Positions 1 to 13,990 of a stretch of 64,000 nucleotides of DNA are shown here, piece after piece. Below the pieces are notes generated by a model. It was given only the letters and a program-made list of their open reading frames with translations, was not told the DNA's origin and made no database searches. The number at the start of each line of letters is the position of its first letter. The first letter of the stretch is position 1. The position numbers and the translations under genes are program-made. Source of the DNA: Phoronis australis (Eukaryota; Animalia; Phoronida); assembly GCA_002633005.1 (NCBI GenBank), contig NMRA01000016.1, forward strand, positions 734,628 to 798,627. The letters run 5' to 3'.

Positions 1-3000
1 ACCTCATTATCACTGTCATAAGTCCTACTTGAAATGAACCATGTCAGTGAAATGAAACTCAATCCCACCTACTGACAGTCACCAAGTATGTTAGGGCATG
101 GGTTATGGGTGAGTGATTCGAGTTGCAAAACTGGGGTAAATAAGGATTAAGGAATGAATTTTGTGGGCCAACTAGAAAAATAAGTTGGCTACAGAGAAAC
201 GCAATTACCTAAGCCATAGTCTGAGCACTAAATTTTTCAGGACCAATTCAGTAAATTTTTGTTCAGGCTGCACACAAAAATAATACTGGTCTGTGAAAGC
301 TTAGCCAGACATCAAGTGTTCTGAACAATACCAGTAAGGATTTAAGTCACTACTGTAATTCATGATAACTAAGCTATATCAGCATAGTTCGTGAGTATGT
401 ACTCTGTAGGCCTACTGATACCTGGTCCAGACTACAGAGGGCTTCCAATGAGTCACAGAGCCTGTACAAATGCCTCCAAATAAATTGTGCATACAACAAC
501 TCGATTCTCGGAATAACATATTCAACGTTTAAATGTCAAATATGTGAGCACGTCAAGTGAAATCAGGGTGTTCTACCGCAGCCGAGACGAGGTGCCAATA
601 CCAGGTACAAGGGGGATAGCCCAGGACTAAGTAGTGACACCCTAGCAAAGGTCATAAGGGCAGAAAGAATGCTGATTTCACTAGCAATAAACACCAAGGT
701 TTACTTTATTATGTATCAAGAATGACAACATAACCTTTCAAAACAGAACAAGGGCTTGTGTCACAAAGGACCTCACACTGACACTTCAAAAAAAACTTTA
801 ACCCAAGATGATCTATTTTGATAGAGTCTAAACAACTAAACTTCAGAAATTTATCTTTCTGACTGCAAAGTATATGACACTGTCCAGGCCACTGCAGTTT
901 TCTAATTCAACAGATCAACACAATGGGGGTAAGCCATAAATCTTACCAAGCATTGTTGCCATGGAAACAGTGAATGAAAGATTGATTGGTAATTAGTTAT
1001 TGTTAAAATGTTTAGCTAGTCCAGACCCATTGCAAGACCACAGGAAACTAGTTGACCTCTGTCCAAGAAGACTGACAAATGAGTTTGAGTCAAGAACAGT
1101 AAATCATGGAATTAAATGCTTATCTAGGTAAGTCACTCAGGCAGTGTTGTGCTTGAGCTTGGAATTACGCTTAATCTCAAGATGGTGTACGTGAGAATTT
1201 GGAATTACTATTTGTTCATTTAAAAGCAGTCAGAATAAAGGATTTTTGTATTTATCGGCATTTTCATTTTTGCCCAAACTAGTGTCACAGAATCAGAGGA
1301 ATAAGTGAACGATTAATTAATCATTTGGTGAATAAAGTGGACAATGCCAGTTGAAAAAACACCAGAGTGAAGTTTGGCTAACATTTACACTATTTATCAA
1401 CATATGATTGATTGATGTATGTAGTGCAATTTCTTGTCAACATGAACGTGATTACTTAATTGAACTTCTCACGTATACTTGGACATTACATACATGATTT
1501 TGAGACCAAGCAGAATTCCAATAAACAACACAACAACACAGTCACTTGCGTTTTCAATTTTGTGTCTTCACAGTGGCTATTAGGCAACGGGCAATTTGAT
1601 ACCATCACTCCTACAAAATTACTGTCAAACAGCTTTCAAGAACATTATAGTTGTTAATGCAAGAGGTCATAAGGAGTCTACTTCCCAGTAACTCCAACTA
1701 CTAACCTTAAGGTGGTAACCTCGAGCTACGATATACTTAGTATCTATATATCTCCTACAACATAAATCTCACATCCTTTCAGAGTACATGGCTTGCAGCG
1801 AACAAAGTACACCATAGTGACTGAACAGTTAAGACAGGGCATTGGTGACACCATTAAGGAGTGAGAAAGCAATCCACTACCAGCTACAACTTGAGATGAT
1901 CTCTCACACATTAAGCGCTCAGCTAATCACAAGCAAGAGGACTTCAACAGGAAAGTTACGGCAACATGACATACAAGCAACTGTACTCAACATGTTCAGG
2001 TCTGCTGGGATTCTCGGGGTGGAAAGTAAAATGACCTTCAGACTATGTAAACCACAGCTGCTTCTCAAAGAATGTCGCATGCTAATGAGCTATTAACTTA
2101 ATTAATACACCATAGTTTTCAGTAAGACTTCAACCTGATCAGCATAAAAAACATACAAAACCACAAACTTCTATAGGCCACAGACAGAAAGGTCACCATC
2201 ACAGACAGACCAACACCATCCAACTAGTTGTCAAACCGCCCGATGGCAAAAGAGTATTATATGGACCGACTCTCCACTTGGCAGGCTCCAGGGCTTGAGG
2301 TTCTTGTATGCTCACAGCAGTGAACAAGCCAGCTGACTACACAAGACATGGAGGATGGTTCACTGACTGATTGAGCTAACGACTTCCACATGCCAGAAAA
2401 CCATATATGGAGAGGGCAACCCCCATGTAGTGTGCTTTTATGCCAATAGGTTTCGCTAGTNTTGCAGCGAACAAAGTACACCATAGTGACTAAACAGTTA
2501 AGACAGGGCATTGGTGACACCATTAAGGAGTGAGAAAGCAATCCACTACCAGCTACAACTTGAGATGATCTCTCACACATTAAGCGCTCGGCTAATCACA
2601 AGCAAGAGGACTTCAACAGGAAAGTAACGGCAACATGACATACAAGCAACTGTACTCAACATGTTCAGGTCTGCTGGGATTCTCGGGGTGGAAAGTAAAA
2701 TGACCTTCAGACTACGTAAACCACAGCTGCTTCTCAAAGAATGTCGCATGCTAATGAGCTATTAACTTAATTAATACACCATAGTTTTCAGTAAGACTTC
2801 AACCTGATCAGCATAAAAAACATACAAAACCACAAACTTCTATAGGCCACAGACAGAAAGGTCACCATCACAGACAGACCAACACCATCCAACTAGTTGT
2901 CAAACCGCCCGATGGCAAAAGAGTATTATATGGACCGACTCTCCACTTGGCAGGCTCCAGGGCTTGAGGTTCTTGTATGCTCACAGCAGTGAACAAGCCA

Positions 3001-3685
3001 GCTGACTACACAAGACATGGAGGATGGTTCACTGACTGATTGAGCTAACGACTTCCACATGCCAGAAAACCATATATGGAGAGGGCAACCCCCATGTAGT
3101 GTGCTTTTATGCCAATAGGTTTCGCTAGTTATCGTGACCACACAGCTGGACCAGGAAGCACCAAGATGAATGACTAAGGAGGTGTACGAGTGTGTCATTT
3201 GTGAGCTAAAATGTGATTTGTGAAATTTTAAGTTCACCGATAGTTTTCAGTGTGATAATAATCAATCCTTATAGAGCAAGTGCACTTCACAGGACTGGAT
3301 CTAAGATATCAGCTAGGTAAAACATTAATTATATAATGTGCCAGTTTTTTGAAGGATAGAAATCAAAAGCGACTACTCCAGAACCATAAAATGGCATCAT
3401 TTTGGGAGCTCTTTAGATTATGAAACCAAGAAAATTTCAGAGAGTATAAGCAGTCATGACATGCAACCAAATCAATAACACAAGTTAAAGTTTCAAAAAA
3501 TGACTTAAAACTGTCATGGTCAAATTTACACCCATGACAGAAATGATTTCTGCCAAGCTTTAACACATTTCGTATGAATCAGGAGTTTTATCTTTTGTAA
3601 TAAGCAGACTTAATTTTTAAGTGATGGTGTAATTTTAATTTTTTTCTGAAGTTAGAACATTGATGAAACAGGCTCTCATATCTAA

Positions 3686-4231
3686 GGGTACGTAGGACCC
3701 TAGAAAAATATCAACATTTGGCTTGCTCCCAAACATAGTATCTCATAAATGACAGATCAGATTGATACGAAACATTCGCCTATAATGCTTGAAGCACTTT
3801 TCTGCAAAACTGTGTTAAAAATTGCTTTTAAAATGTTCCGCTTTTGCCTTAGGGGCTATCAAAAACGAGACTCTCATGATATTTATGAAAAAAATTAAAG
3901 ATTGCATACAACAATAATGAAATATATTAGAAAATTCTAATTGTAGCAATTTTGATTTTACTTTGGGAATTAACAGCCAATGAAATTTTGTCACAGCGTT
4001 GTTTTGCTACAAAATCAACGTAACCTTCTGTGTTGCGAAATTTTACTAAAAACCAATGGTCACATGATCCAATCAATGGCAGATTGATAAAACAGTTAAA
4101 AATTGAAGACTAAAGGCTTTCTACTTGCAGAGAATATTATATACTTTTATAGACTGGGCTGCTTTTTATAGTTTTATAGATGTGTGGCTGAATGTGCAGA
4201 TTCAGATTTATAAATCGGGTCTCACGTAACC
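3686..4231. mobile_element. Degenerate non-autonomous DNA transposon (Kolobok-like ends)
   Basis: Imperfect TIR gggtacgtaggaccc versus reverse complement ggttacgtgagaccc; flanks ctaa and tcaa resemble a decayed TTAA TSD. Confidence 0.3.
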
Positions 4232-6081
4232 TCAAGTCAGTTTCTTTAGCTTAGACATTAAGAAATAACACCGAGCTTGACTTACAAATACATAGCTGAG
4301 TAATAACAAGTAGTGCTGGGATGACAATTGAATTAAAATGGATGACATGCACTTTTAATGTGATTTTGATGATCTTTCCTTAGTGCTCACGGCGACTGTG
4401 ATGGGTATATTGGTAATACTGTAGATATTTATTTTACAATCTGAAAACTTTTCTTTATGTTATTATCGTCTTTATCATTCTCCTGCAGAACTTTTACGAT
4501 AGCTGTCAAAGCTCGAAAATGTGTTTTAAAGTTGTACTTCACACAGAACAGGGCTAAAGTAAAATTAAACTCAACTTTTCAATGACAATGGTAAACGCTT
4601 TTGAACGGGACGCTTTCAAGTAGCAAATGTAGTGAGTGGTCGTGTGGACCGAACCTCGCCGTATGCAACAGCAAAGAATCAGCTCTTCTCAAGGTCCAAA
4701 ACAGCGGTAATTCAAGTAAGGGAAAAGCCGACATCAGTGTTATAAGGGCACGTGATCTAAATCAAACTTCGTTCCTGGACGGTGCGGGGGATTTATAGCA
4801 ACTTCAATACATTGCATACAAAGTCATTGTTCTCACATGGATTAAAGTTGAGCGTGGTGGGAACTAGGGAACGCTGTGATTCCCAACAGAGTTCCGAACA
4901 GAGGCCACTGTGCCATGTACTTCTCAGTGAAATTTTTTTGCGAATACTTAAGAGCATAATTGAATAAATTTCCATAAAAATGGTGTGTTAAATAACATAA
5001 TTTCCATAAAAATGATTATTAAAGGATACATTTAAATACGGTAACGTAATTTCCATCACAGTGCGAGATAATTTCCATGAAAATACTTCAATCAACATTC
5101 ATTTCCATAAAAATGGTCAGGTAAAGAGTACAGTGAACACTAGACAGGAAAATGAGACTGTACATGCAGCTAGATCAAAAACATTGTATAGCGTCATGAT
5201 TCTAAAAAAAAAAATAAGCATTGGGGCTCAAAATGTGAATGTAGTCGTGAAATTTGAGGGCGGTGTGACTCACCACGCTCTAAAAAGCTTGGTGAGTATT
5301 TAGCATTTTCCTTAACTCTTTAGATGAAGAACAATTAGTGAAACAATACTGTTTTTTAAAGTTGATCCACAATCATTCTGGAAACATATGGAAAAGTGAC
5401 GAACATACCAATAAAGTCAGCTGTTTTATGACAGACATCAGAAAGGTAATTGGCAGGTAATTACTGCTCATTTATTATTCATCAGCATTTTAAAGTTCCA
5501 GGCTTTACAGTATACCTGGCCAATGCTTTTAAGAAGACTTAAGTTATTAATCCCGTGAGTCAAAATGAAACGTTCGGCAAAAAAATGGTAAGATTTCATA
5601 ATTATGAGAGTTATTTGGGCATTTTATGTGATTGGCAGTTCAATCATAAGTTGAAAGAAAACTAAACATCGCATGTGGTAAAATCTCACCAATTAAGACA
5701 CAGTATGGCCGACAAGAGAAATTTTATCTTAATATATTTTTTCCATAAAACAATATCACCAAATTAAAGGCTTCCCATGATCAAGTTATGTAACATAGCT
5801 ACCATCAGACAAAATGAGGGCATTCACAACAATTTTATTACAAGTCCTTGAAAAATTAAAAAGGCGTTTTTGGCAATCAGTTTTCTTCAAAAACGGCGAG
5901 ATTTTACCACAGCTGCTGAACGTGTGGAAAAATGATCTAATGTCCCCGTAACTCGGAATTTTACATTCAATTACATCTGCCATTTTCACATCGCAGGTGT
6001 AACTGAATGTCACGTCGGGTCTAGAATAATTCTGCTGTCTAACACAAAACACACATCATGCAATTAATAAACTTGGCTTAC

Positions 6082-6390
6082 CTTCAACCCACTGCTACTG
6101 CTGCCAAATCCCTTATGTGAGTTCTTGAACGATTTGCGTGGACTACGAGGACTTGGTGACGACTTGCCAGGAGGTGGCGATGCTGGAGGTGTTCCTGGAG
6201 AACCAGGGCGTACCTTGGGGGAGCTGGGGCGGTGCTTGCTGCCATTACCCGTGGCATGGGCCATAGTGATGGGCTCACCGCGCAGGATCTGCCGCAAATT
6301 GTCCTTGAGAGCATGCTGGGTCTCCGACTCACTGAGCCAACGCAGGAACAGTTCATCAACTTTGGATTTTAACAACGGTTTGAGCGACAT
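6082..6390 (-). CDS. PPP2R3B: First coding exon of protein phosphatase 2A regulatory subunit B'' (PR70/PR72 family); gene continues beyond the left edge
   Basis: MSLKPLLKSKVDELFLRWLSESETQHALKDNLRQI matches the PR70 N-terminus (LQPVLKMKVDELFLYWLSEASTQRMLQDCLRRI), followed by a Pro/Ser-rich tract. ATG at 6390, phase-0 donor AAG|gtaagc after 6082, upstream acceptor ttttttcag| at 6437/6436. The vertebrate A and B paralogues cannot be separated for an invertebrate gene. Confidence 0.85.
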
Positions 6391-7957
6391 TATCACAGTT
6401 TCTGGAATGTGTCAGTAGATGCACAATTGCATTGACCTGAAAAAACACCTAATATATCTTTATTTATGACTCAACTAAATAAAAATACACCGCTCGGGCA
6501 TTTTTGCATTTTGCAGTAGACATTTGCACCTTGCGTGTTGGCATACTTCCATTTGTTACATTTTTTTGAATGCAGGCAGCTATAGGTTGTTTATGAAGCC
6601 GACGACTTCCGCACCACTGAATTTGGGGATGCTTTGTTTTGGCGAGCTTACTTCCCATTTTGAGACCTGGAAATTTTGCAAGGTCACATTTGGTGAGTTG
6701 ATGTTACGCGCTAAGCGTCAAGCCCCGAACTAGTCAAATTTACCAAATTAAAAGATGCTACATTAGTAATCAATGCTAAACACCTGGTAGAGTCTTGCCC
6801 AGCTTTTTATAGGCTAAGGAGCAACCTACTGGATGGCACTGTTACATGCCTACAACATATAGTGCATGGCAACAAATGGAAACGTCTGTCCGTTTTCCTA
6901 AAGGAGACTGGCAGACTTGAAAACTTTCTTCACGAGGAGCCATAGTTGGGGTCTCGTGCCTTTGCTCAGGTGAATTGTGCAATGGGCCTAACCATGAGGC
7001 CTGCACACGTCTGATGCACCGCAAATGACATCAGACCACCTGCACTGCTTTTTTTTAATCACTGCTAGGACATGAAGTTTGGTAATTATGTTGACATAAG
7101 AAAGACAAAACCCCGTGTTACTCATGGTGCTAATCCATATGGACAGAAATTGAAAATCTCTAAACAAACAATGATGATCTTCATACAATAATTATTTGTT
7201 GATTCTACAAAAGTGACGCAAGAGAGTTTTAGATAAAAATGAAACGACAAAGGACAACTAGTTTATTTCAACACCCAACAGACAGCAGTATCTATCTTTA
7301 TGTTTCAATACATATTCGAGAAATATGACGCCAAAATTACCCATGTCCGAATCTTCACAATCCAAAAATTCAGTTTTGGCTTAAATTTCAATGGATTATT
7401 CCAAATTTTAGAGAGTGTCTCGAACTGGAAGATTTTTACTACTTCTAAAAGGTTCATGTATTGTACATGTTGCTGTTAGTGTAAACAATGATTTTAGAAT
7501 CTCACGTCATTTATAATGTTGATGCTTTTTCACGACAACAAACAGCCAACCCAGGACTATACTTTGATGTACAAATAAGCAGCCAAAAAATCTTTGATTT
7601 TCAAGAATCTCTACATTGCACTTCGTCAATCACAGCTTTCAATTTTTTGCATAAAATTATATGAAGCAGGATTTCACATTTTAATGTATTACACACACAG
7701 CAGTGTTGTTTGTTGATGAATTTCGTGTTCGTGTCACGAGCGGGCTGTTTTTAAGATGGTGAGAGACATTTTACAAAAGACGGAGAATGATGCAAGAAAA
7801 TGACATTTATTACAATTAGATTGTTTTTCACTTAAACGGTTGCAGCGGGCAAGGTGAGTGTTGGTTGACTCCCAGATTTTGCAAGCACCCCTGCCCTGCT
7901 CTACATGTTGATATAAGTTTTACGGCCAGGTGATGAGCAGAACTACCAGGGCTGTGT

Positions 7958-8740
7958 GAAATTTCAGGGTATTGTACACAATATGACGACATTGACTTAC
8001 ACATATGATTTCGGTATTGTTCAATTCCTTGCAACGTTATCTTTTTAAAAATACAACAAATTTTTTCCTACCCCGCTCCCTTAGTATTTTATCGTGAAAT
8101 TTCTGCTCGCACTATTTCCCGGTACTCGGTAGTAACACCGCCATGTTGGAATGGAAGGAGTCACCTGGCGGTCAAAAACTGAACCAATCTACCGACTTTT
8201 GCAGATTGTCACTTTTCATTCAAATTGACCGAGACCCGTCTATCCCCTGCCTGAGTTACGGTCCCAAAGGTTCGAATTCGACCTATGGTGACCCTGGTAC
8301 GCATCTGCTAGCAAGAATCCACGAAAAAGCTGAGGTTGTTTTTGAGGTCCAACTTGGTGAAAAGGGTTTCACTTCAAACAATTTTCGTGCAAAAATGGTC
8401 AAATGGTCACAATTTGGAAAAGTTGAAATGACGCAACTTGTTTCTCCATATTATGTCGGGAAAACTTTAGCAGGAATCTCGCGCGGGCAAACACCATTCA
8501 GAATCGATGATGCTGTTTCATTCATTAACAACAGGTGTCACTGTAATCTTGAGTTGAGCTAACATGGCGTTGTCAATCGGGAAATAGTGCGAAACGAAAT
8601 TCGACGATAAAATACGGAGGAAACGTGGTAGGGGATACATTCATATATTTTTGGAAAGATAACGATGAAAGGAATCGAACGATAACAAAATCATATGTGT
8701 AAGTCACTGTCGTCATATTGTAAATAATTACAAATTTCGG
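7958..8740. mobile_element. Old foldback/MITE with ~190-bp degenerate inverted repeats
   Basis: 7958-8148 aligns by eye with the reverse complement of 8560-8740 (caatatgacgaca(t/g)tgacttacacatatgattt ... tcgcactatttcccg ... cgccatgtt). No TSD recognised. Confidence 0.7.
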
Positions 8741-9187
8741 GTTCTAACAGAGCACAACACAGTGGCACCTAGCTGTATTTCGACGATAGTCTTCATTCAG
8801 TTACTGAGTTATCAGTTAGCTGGCTGGCTAGTGATTGTGCCTAGCAGAGGACCACCAGTCTGTTACCTAGGCAATGCAATCGTCCAGTAGTACTCAAAAG
8901 CTATCCCTGAGGTGGCTAATTGTCTGCAGTTTTCTGGCCGTGCCATTCCAGAACACTCCAGACCTGGAGTTTGCGGTTTGAGCGGGACTGAGTTTGGAGA
9001 CTTTAATTTAATTCACAAATTGCTGCAACACGATCTTCTGGAAAAAGTGTGCACGTAAAAATCGCAGGCAAACACTATCTACAAAACTTACGCAGTGAAC
9101 CGCTGTAAAATACGTACAAAGCTCACATCATCACAAAAAGTATTTCTTGAAAAGTCGTCTCTCTTTTCCGTGGAGAAATGTTAGCGG

Positions 9188-9215
9188 GGCCGCCATCTTA
9201 CCTTGAGAGTATTTG
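9188..9215 (-). promoter_or_regulatory. Probable end of a non-coding first exon of the PPP2R3 gene, with a YY1-type motif
   Basis: Minus strand reads ctcaag|gtaagatggcggcccc: a consensus donor overlapping AAGATGGCGGC in locally CpG-richer DNA. The acceptor at 6437 needs an upstream exon. Confidence 0.45.
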
Positions 9216-10599
9216 ACGTTTTTAAAATCGTAAAATGAATATTGATAAGCTTTTTAACAAAGTCAATAAGCATGCATAATTAATTTTCTTTTAGTTTGCA
9301 TTCAAATATATTCACATTAAAAAAAATTTTGAAATCGGGTAATCTGGATCAACTGTACTGAGAGTAACTTAGTTCATTTGTTAACCGATAGGTGAGCATT
9401 AGCGTCTGCTCTGGCGATAGCAGGCAGACCGAAAGGCCCACCGCAATCAAGCTCATGCTCCGCACCAACTATGACAGTTTTAAAATACCAGTTAGTACTT
9501 TGGTTAGCACTCCAAAAGTAGCCGGATAACAAACAGACTATCAGTTGTTCTCGTTTTTGTTGATCTCCATTGGTACACATAGCCTTGTATACTACCAAAA
9601 TACGACAGCTCTTCATTGTCATTGTTTGCGGCCGGCGCACTGACTCGGGACAATTGGAATATCTGTTGGCGTCAAAATTCCGAAATTTCGATCAACGCAT
9701 ATTCATTAACGAACCGGATTAAACTATCGTGTTTACTTGTTGTCCACGCAGTATGAGCGGAGAATAATTTGTTCAAATCGTCTACAATAGTAAATCAATC
9801 CAGTTTTATTAACGAAGTTCCTAATTTTGCATCAGTGTTATTTGGCCAACTTTTCCAAAATTCTATCATTCCTTGGTAACAGAAGATGGAATCTAAACCC
9901 TTGTGATGGTACAAACTACATGTACATGTAATTGTCCGACCGAGGCAAAGTGAACGTTGAAGCCAGATTGTTAGAGTTAATAAGGTGTTTTAAGTCTTCC
10001 ATCTTTGGATTGTTAAGTGGATAGGAATAACCCCCTTTATTAATATAGCAGCCTAGAAAGTGAAACATCTTATAAAAAAGGTTCAACATACCTTTTCAAA
10101 ACTAATGGCATTGTCCAAGATCTCGATGGTAAGCCTATTGAGTGAACTCCTTTCTATCGCACTGATAAAAACGAAGCTCCAGAAAACAGATGTACCTGAC
10201 CGCGTCTAAGCACCGACCGTGGACTAACCTTAGGGTGTAAGCTATTATTGAATTTTTTCAACATTTTGAATTTGGCATTCAGTAAATTTTTGCTTTGACA
10301 CCGAGAATCAACTCCTGCGTTGAATTTTCAATATTATTGAAAAAATGGGAATCTTTTCATGCAGCGCCCCCAAGTTTAAAGAGGTAAGTAACTAGTATTC
10401 ATTCTCATTAATGATTCGTTTTCATTATTTATCATTGAGAATGAATAGGTATTTATGGGCTGTTAAAAGCTCACTGGAATCTTCCGATATGTTATTAGAA
10501 AATATGCACGTAAAAGAGAACCTTATTCCTGGATTTTCCGTAGATGAGCGCACACGATGAAACGCCTATGGGCGTTCATTTGGTGTTACAACTTCTGAT

Positions 10600-10645
10600 G
10601 TCAAGTGCCAAATAGTGGGGCGTCAAGTGCCAAATAGTGGGGCGT
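10600..10645. repeat. 22-bp tandem duplication
   Basis: gtcaagtgccaaatagtggggc occurs twice, exactly. Confidence 0.9.
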
Positions 10646-12439
10646 TTATTTGGAAAATGCCCTCATAAAGCCCACTCAGCGTCAACTTTTTGCTGCAAAT
10701 TCAGTTTTGTGAAGCATTTATCATTTTTAAAAACGAACAAGGTGGTGACGAACTATGCATTTATACACATAAAATTTAAAAATTAAGTTTTACGTAAAGA
10801 GATGTGAAACGTTGACCTCGGGAAGGCAATCATCTTTTTAGCCAGAGCCCGGTATAAGCGGGGGGGGGGGTATTTGTACGGCAAATCTGGATTACCAGGC
10901 CAAAAATTGAAAATCAAGTACACGCCACTTTCATACCAAGAGGTACAATCGATTTTGTTCCAAGTCAGAAAGAGGGCATAAATGACCATACTTGTGCCTC
11001 ACCTGTTTCTGCCCATTCGCCTTTAAAATCTTAAAGGGGTTCTCTCCTGTAATAAAAAGTGATAGCAACCCTGACCTATTCAACGGGACATCTGTCATGG
11101 CCTACTCAAATTCGAATAAAATGCTCAAATTTCCCACCCGCTGTTTCTCAGTTGTATGCAACTCATGACTAGAATTTTAAGTTTTGTCCTACTTAACAAA
11201 TTCACACTGTAGATTCCACACAGCTGTGGATACTATCGAAGAATCTATAGACTACCACAAGCAACGCATCGTCGACTGTAGAGGTTAACAAGGCCCACTG
11301 ATAGAATAGAAAATATTGTACACTTGACGGCATGGAACCAACAGGGACCAAGCGAAGTACTCCAATGCGCCAGAACAAATTAAAAGTCCCGTTATCATAC
11401 AACTAATTCAATCAATGATCAACTCACTTTCTTTTTTCCCTTCGGAATGCTTTGGGTTCATTAGAAGCGTCTTGTCAAGTGCATTGATCTATATCCATCA
11501 TTCAACACATGAATTGAGATGAAAGTAAGGCGTACAGTGCGATTGTGGTCTATTCATCTTCACACGGGTTTTCCCTGCAGTCATTTCCCAGAACTTTGCA
11601 GGAGAATATGTCGATGATGAACTGAACAACGTAATGCACACATTTGGTTTAGGCTACTATTACCACAGAGGTAAAAGAATACTAAACCTTGTTTTTATGA
11701 TTTCAACCAATCCTCGTTCCGTCACCTCCTAATGCATCATTTGCGTCAATCTTCAAAAAAAAGCAGCAATCGACTAATAACGCAGACTCCCTATCTCACA
11801 AATTGGATATTACGGTCCTTGGTGGGTGATCTTTTCTCGCAGTTGTTAATTTCATAAATAGTTGGAAAGCATGGCATGAAATTTTGAATCATGTGTAAGA
11901 ACGAAGTAGTTATAATAATTACATTCTGCGTCGGAATGTTTGTGCACTAATCATTCAAAGACGGAAATTGCTCACGCATCGTTCGGCAAAGTTTGACTAT
12001 TTACAAGGAATGGTAGAATTTAGTTTGGGTAAAAAACTAAATTCCATAGAGAAGAGAAAATTGTAAAGTCGTCCACACTGGCGACCTCCCTCACCAACCC
12101 ACGTGGACAGCGCTTCCAAAGAAACTTCTTGGTTTATAACTGTAATAACTCGTAACGTGTTATGGTTGGCAGGTCTTTAGTTAACCAACAACATGTCTCT
12201 TCCAACATTCAGGACCTAACTGTAATAGGAAGTAACAGTATCATAGTCATAGAATCCGTTGATATCATGCTAAGAGCACTCCTACAGGACACTCAGATTC
12301 AACTCGTCAGAGATGGGCATAATTGGGTGGGATTATAATAACTACTTTGTTCTTACTCATGAAATCAAAATTTTATGCCATATGCTTTACAAGCGTTTAT
12401 GGAATTAACAACTTTATTTCGTAAGAATTGAAGTAACGT

Positions 12440-13990
12440 TTAAAGATATGTTGTTAGCACTTTATTTTGCAAACTCTGGGTCTCAGTGCCTGGGAGCTCA
12501 GTTTGAGCTTGAATGGGTTTGTTGTAAAAGTGAAAACATTGGACCAAATGACACATGCTATTACCTGCCGTACAGGTGCTCCCAAAAGCCTGCCGGCCTT
12601 TGAAATTGAAGTAACTCGAGTTGAATGTGCCTGGAAATTGAAGATCAATTCTGGTTGCAGCCATACTCTCTTTGAACCGTCATGCTAGAACAAGCCATCA
12701 CAGTCTTGCGAGGTCTGGGAACTCAGAAAAAGGTGTTTCATTGATTGACTGTTCTACTCAAATATGATCTAAGGCACAGCAAATAGCTTTTTGTTATCGT
12801 TGAAGTGTACAATGAAAAAGGCCTTTGGTTTGAGCCCTGCAATGGGGATGTCAATCTTGTCTCCAAAGCCTGTTACTAACGTGGGGTTTATTTTGTGCCA
12901 CTCCGAGCCTTTGGCGATTGTAGTCAACGCAAACAGCATTGGCTGTTTCTGGGACAATTCTGTCAGGGGAAAAATTTCATTGTCCGCCAACGATGATATG
13001 TATGGCGGGTGGTATGCCGACAAGGATGGCCTGTTGTTGTTCATAGTAGCGTATACTCTCTTGGCGTTAAGAGGGCCCTCAAAAAAGGTCTCTGACTTGT
13101 TAAACGCGGCCCAGTTGGTCTTTGTTGTCTGTTCCCAAGATGAGCTTTGATATCTCGGCTCTCCTTCCGGCCTATGGCCTTCTTGTGTAGTGCCTTGTAG
13201 AACTTGCGACCAAACCTGTTAATGACCTTGGCGTTGGCTACTATCAAGTTGCCTGCCTTCGTATGGCCTTGCAGCACTCGGGGCAGGACGTTCCCACGTC
13301 TGTTATACGAGATGGCAGTATTGGTTTGGCCAATAAGCACCACGGACTGTTCCACCTAGGGTAGGAGCCCCTTCGGGTCATGTTACTTTCCCTTATGCTG
13401 AGCTCTCACTAATTTCTGCCAAAGGCTGCCGAACGGGCCCATAGTATCCAGCAGGCACTGCTGCACATATTTATAACTGCCCTCCGCAACGGCCACTGGC
13501 TTGTGAGACGGCGGTGGCAAATCCCCATCGAGGGGCTTCATTGTAAGCTCTAGTTGTGTTGGACAGAGTGTGTGATCGGGTATGGACTCTTTCAGAGCTG
13601 TACTGGGCAAATTCTCAGTAGAGTGCTTGGTAACGAATGGTCTTTCGACAGTGACCACTGCACCGAGTTGACTGTGGCCAGAGGGTCAAATCTAGCCACT
13701 TCAGAGGGTGGTAATATGAGTCACCCTCCGAGTCACCCTGATCACAGGCCTCATGGGCGCTGGATTCTCGACGGGAATCATCGTCAACAGACTCAGTCTC
13801 AGAGTCTTACCCCAGACCTACAATATCATTTGGACCTGAGCCCAGAGTCATTAACGGACATTGAAAGGGAGTCATTGCAAGCGGATACACCGCCGCCTGC
13901 GGATAGAACGGCGTCTGCGGATACACCGCCAGACATGGATAAACCATTTCGAGCGTCTAAAAGACTCTTGCTTTCGCTTCATTAGCTGCC
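12440..13990 (-). mobile_element. Degenerate DIRS/Ngaro-like (tyrosine-recombinase retrotransposon) gag and RT fragment
   Basis: Broken ORFs YKYVQQCLLDTMGPFGSLWQ and EQSVVLIGQTNTAISYNRRGNVL...FGRKF resemble the DIRS gag pattern (Q..vLDa.GPL..LW; EQs..L.G.....iS..RR..vL; lFG.kF). Faint RT motifs follow (TRIDLQ, VSFG, FT...P). Many stops and frameshifts; no recombinase seen. Confidence 0.5.

Noticed and set aside
1793-3129. 668-bp tandem duplication and its twin ORFs
   Set aside because: The copies are joined by a single N (2461) and differ by a few SNPs, as expected for unmerged haplotype overlap; the ORFs have no recognisable motif.
4965-5115. Five spaced atttccat(a/g/c)a motifs
   Set aside because: Probably decayed subterminal or minisatellite repeats; no termini or constant period could be defined.
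6084-6418. Overlapping 91- and 97-aa ORFs
   Set aside because: Shadow frames of the GC-rich PPP2R3 exon.
13333-13353. RE1/NRSE-like site (16/21) upstream of a neuronal gene
   Set aside because: It lies in DIRS-like coding sequence, lacks the conserved GGACAG, and REST regulation is not established for this kind of invertebrate.
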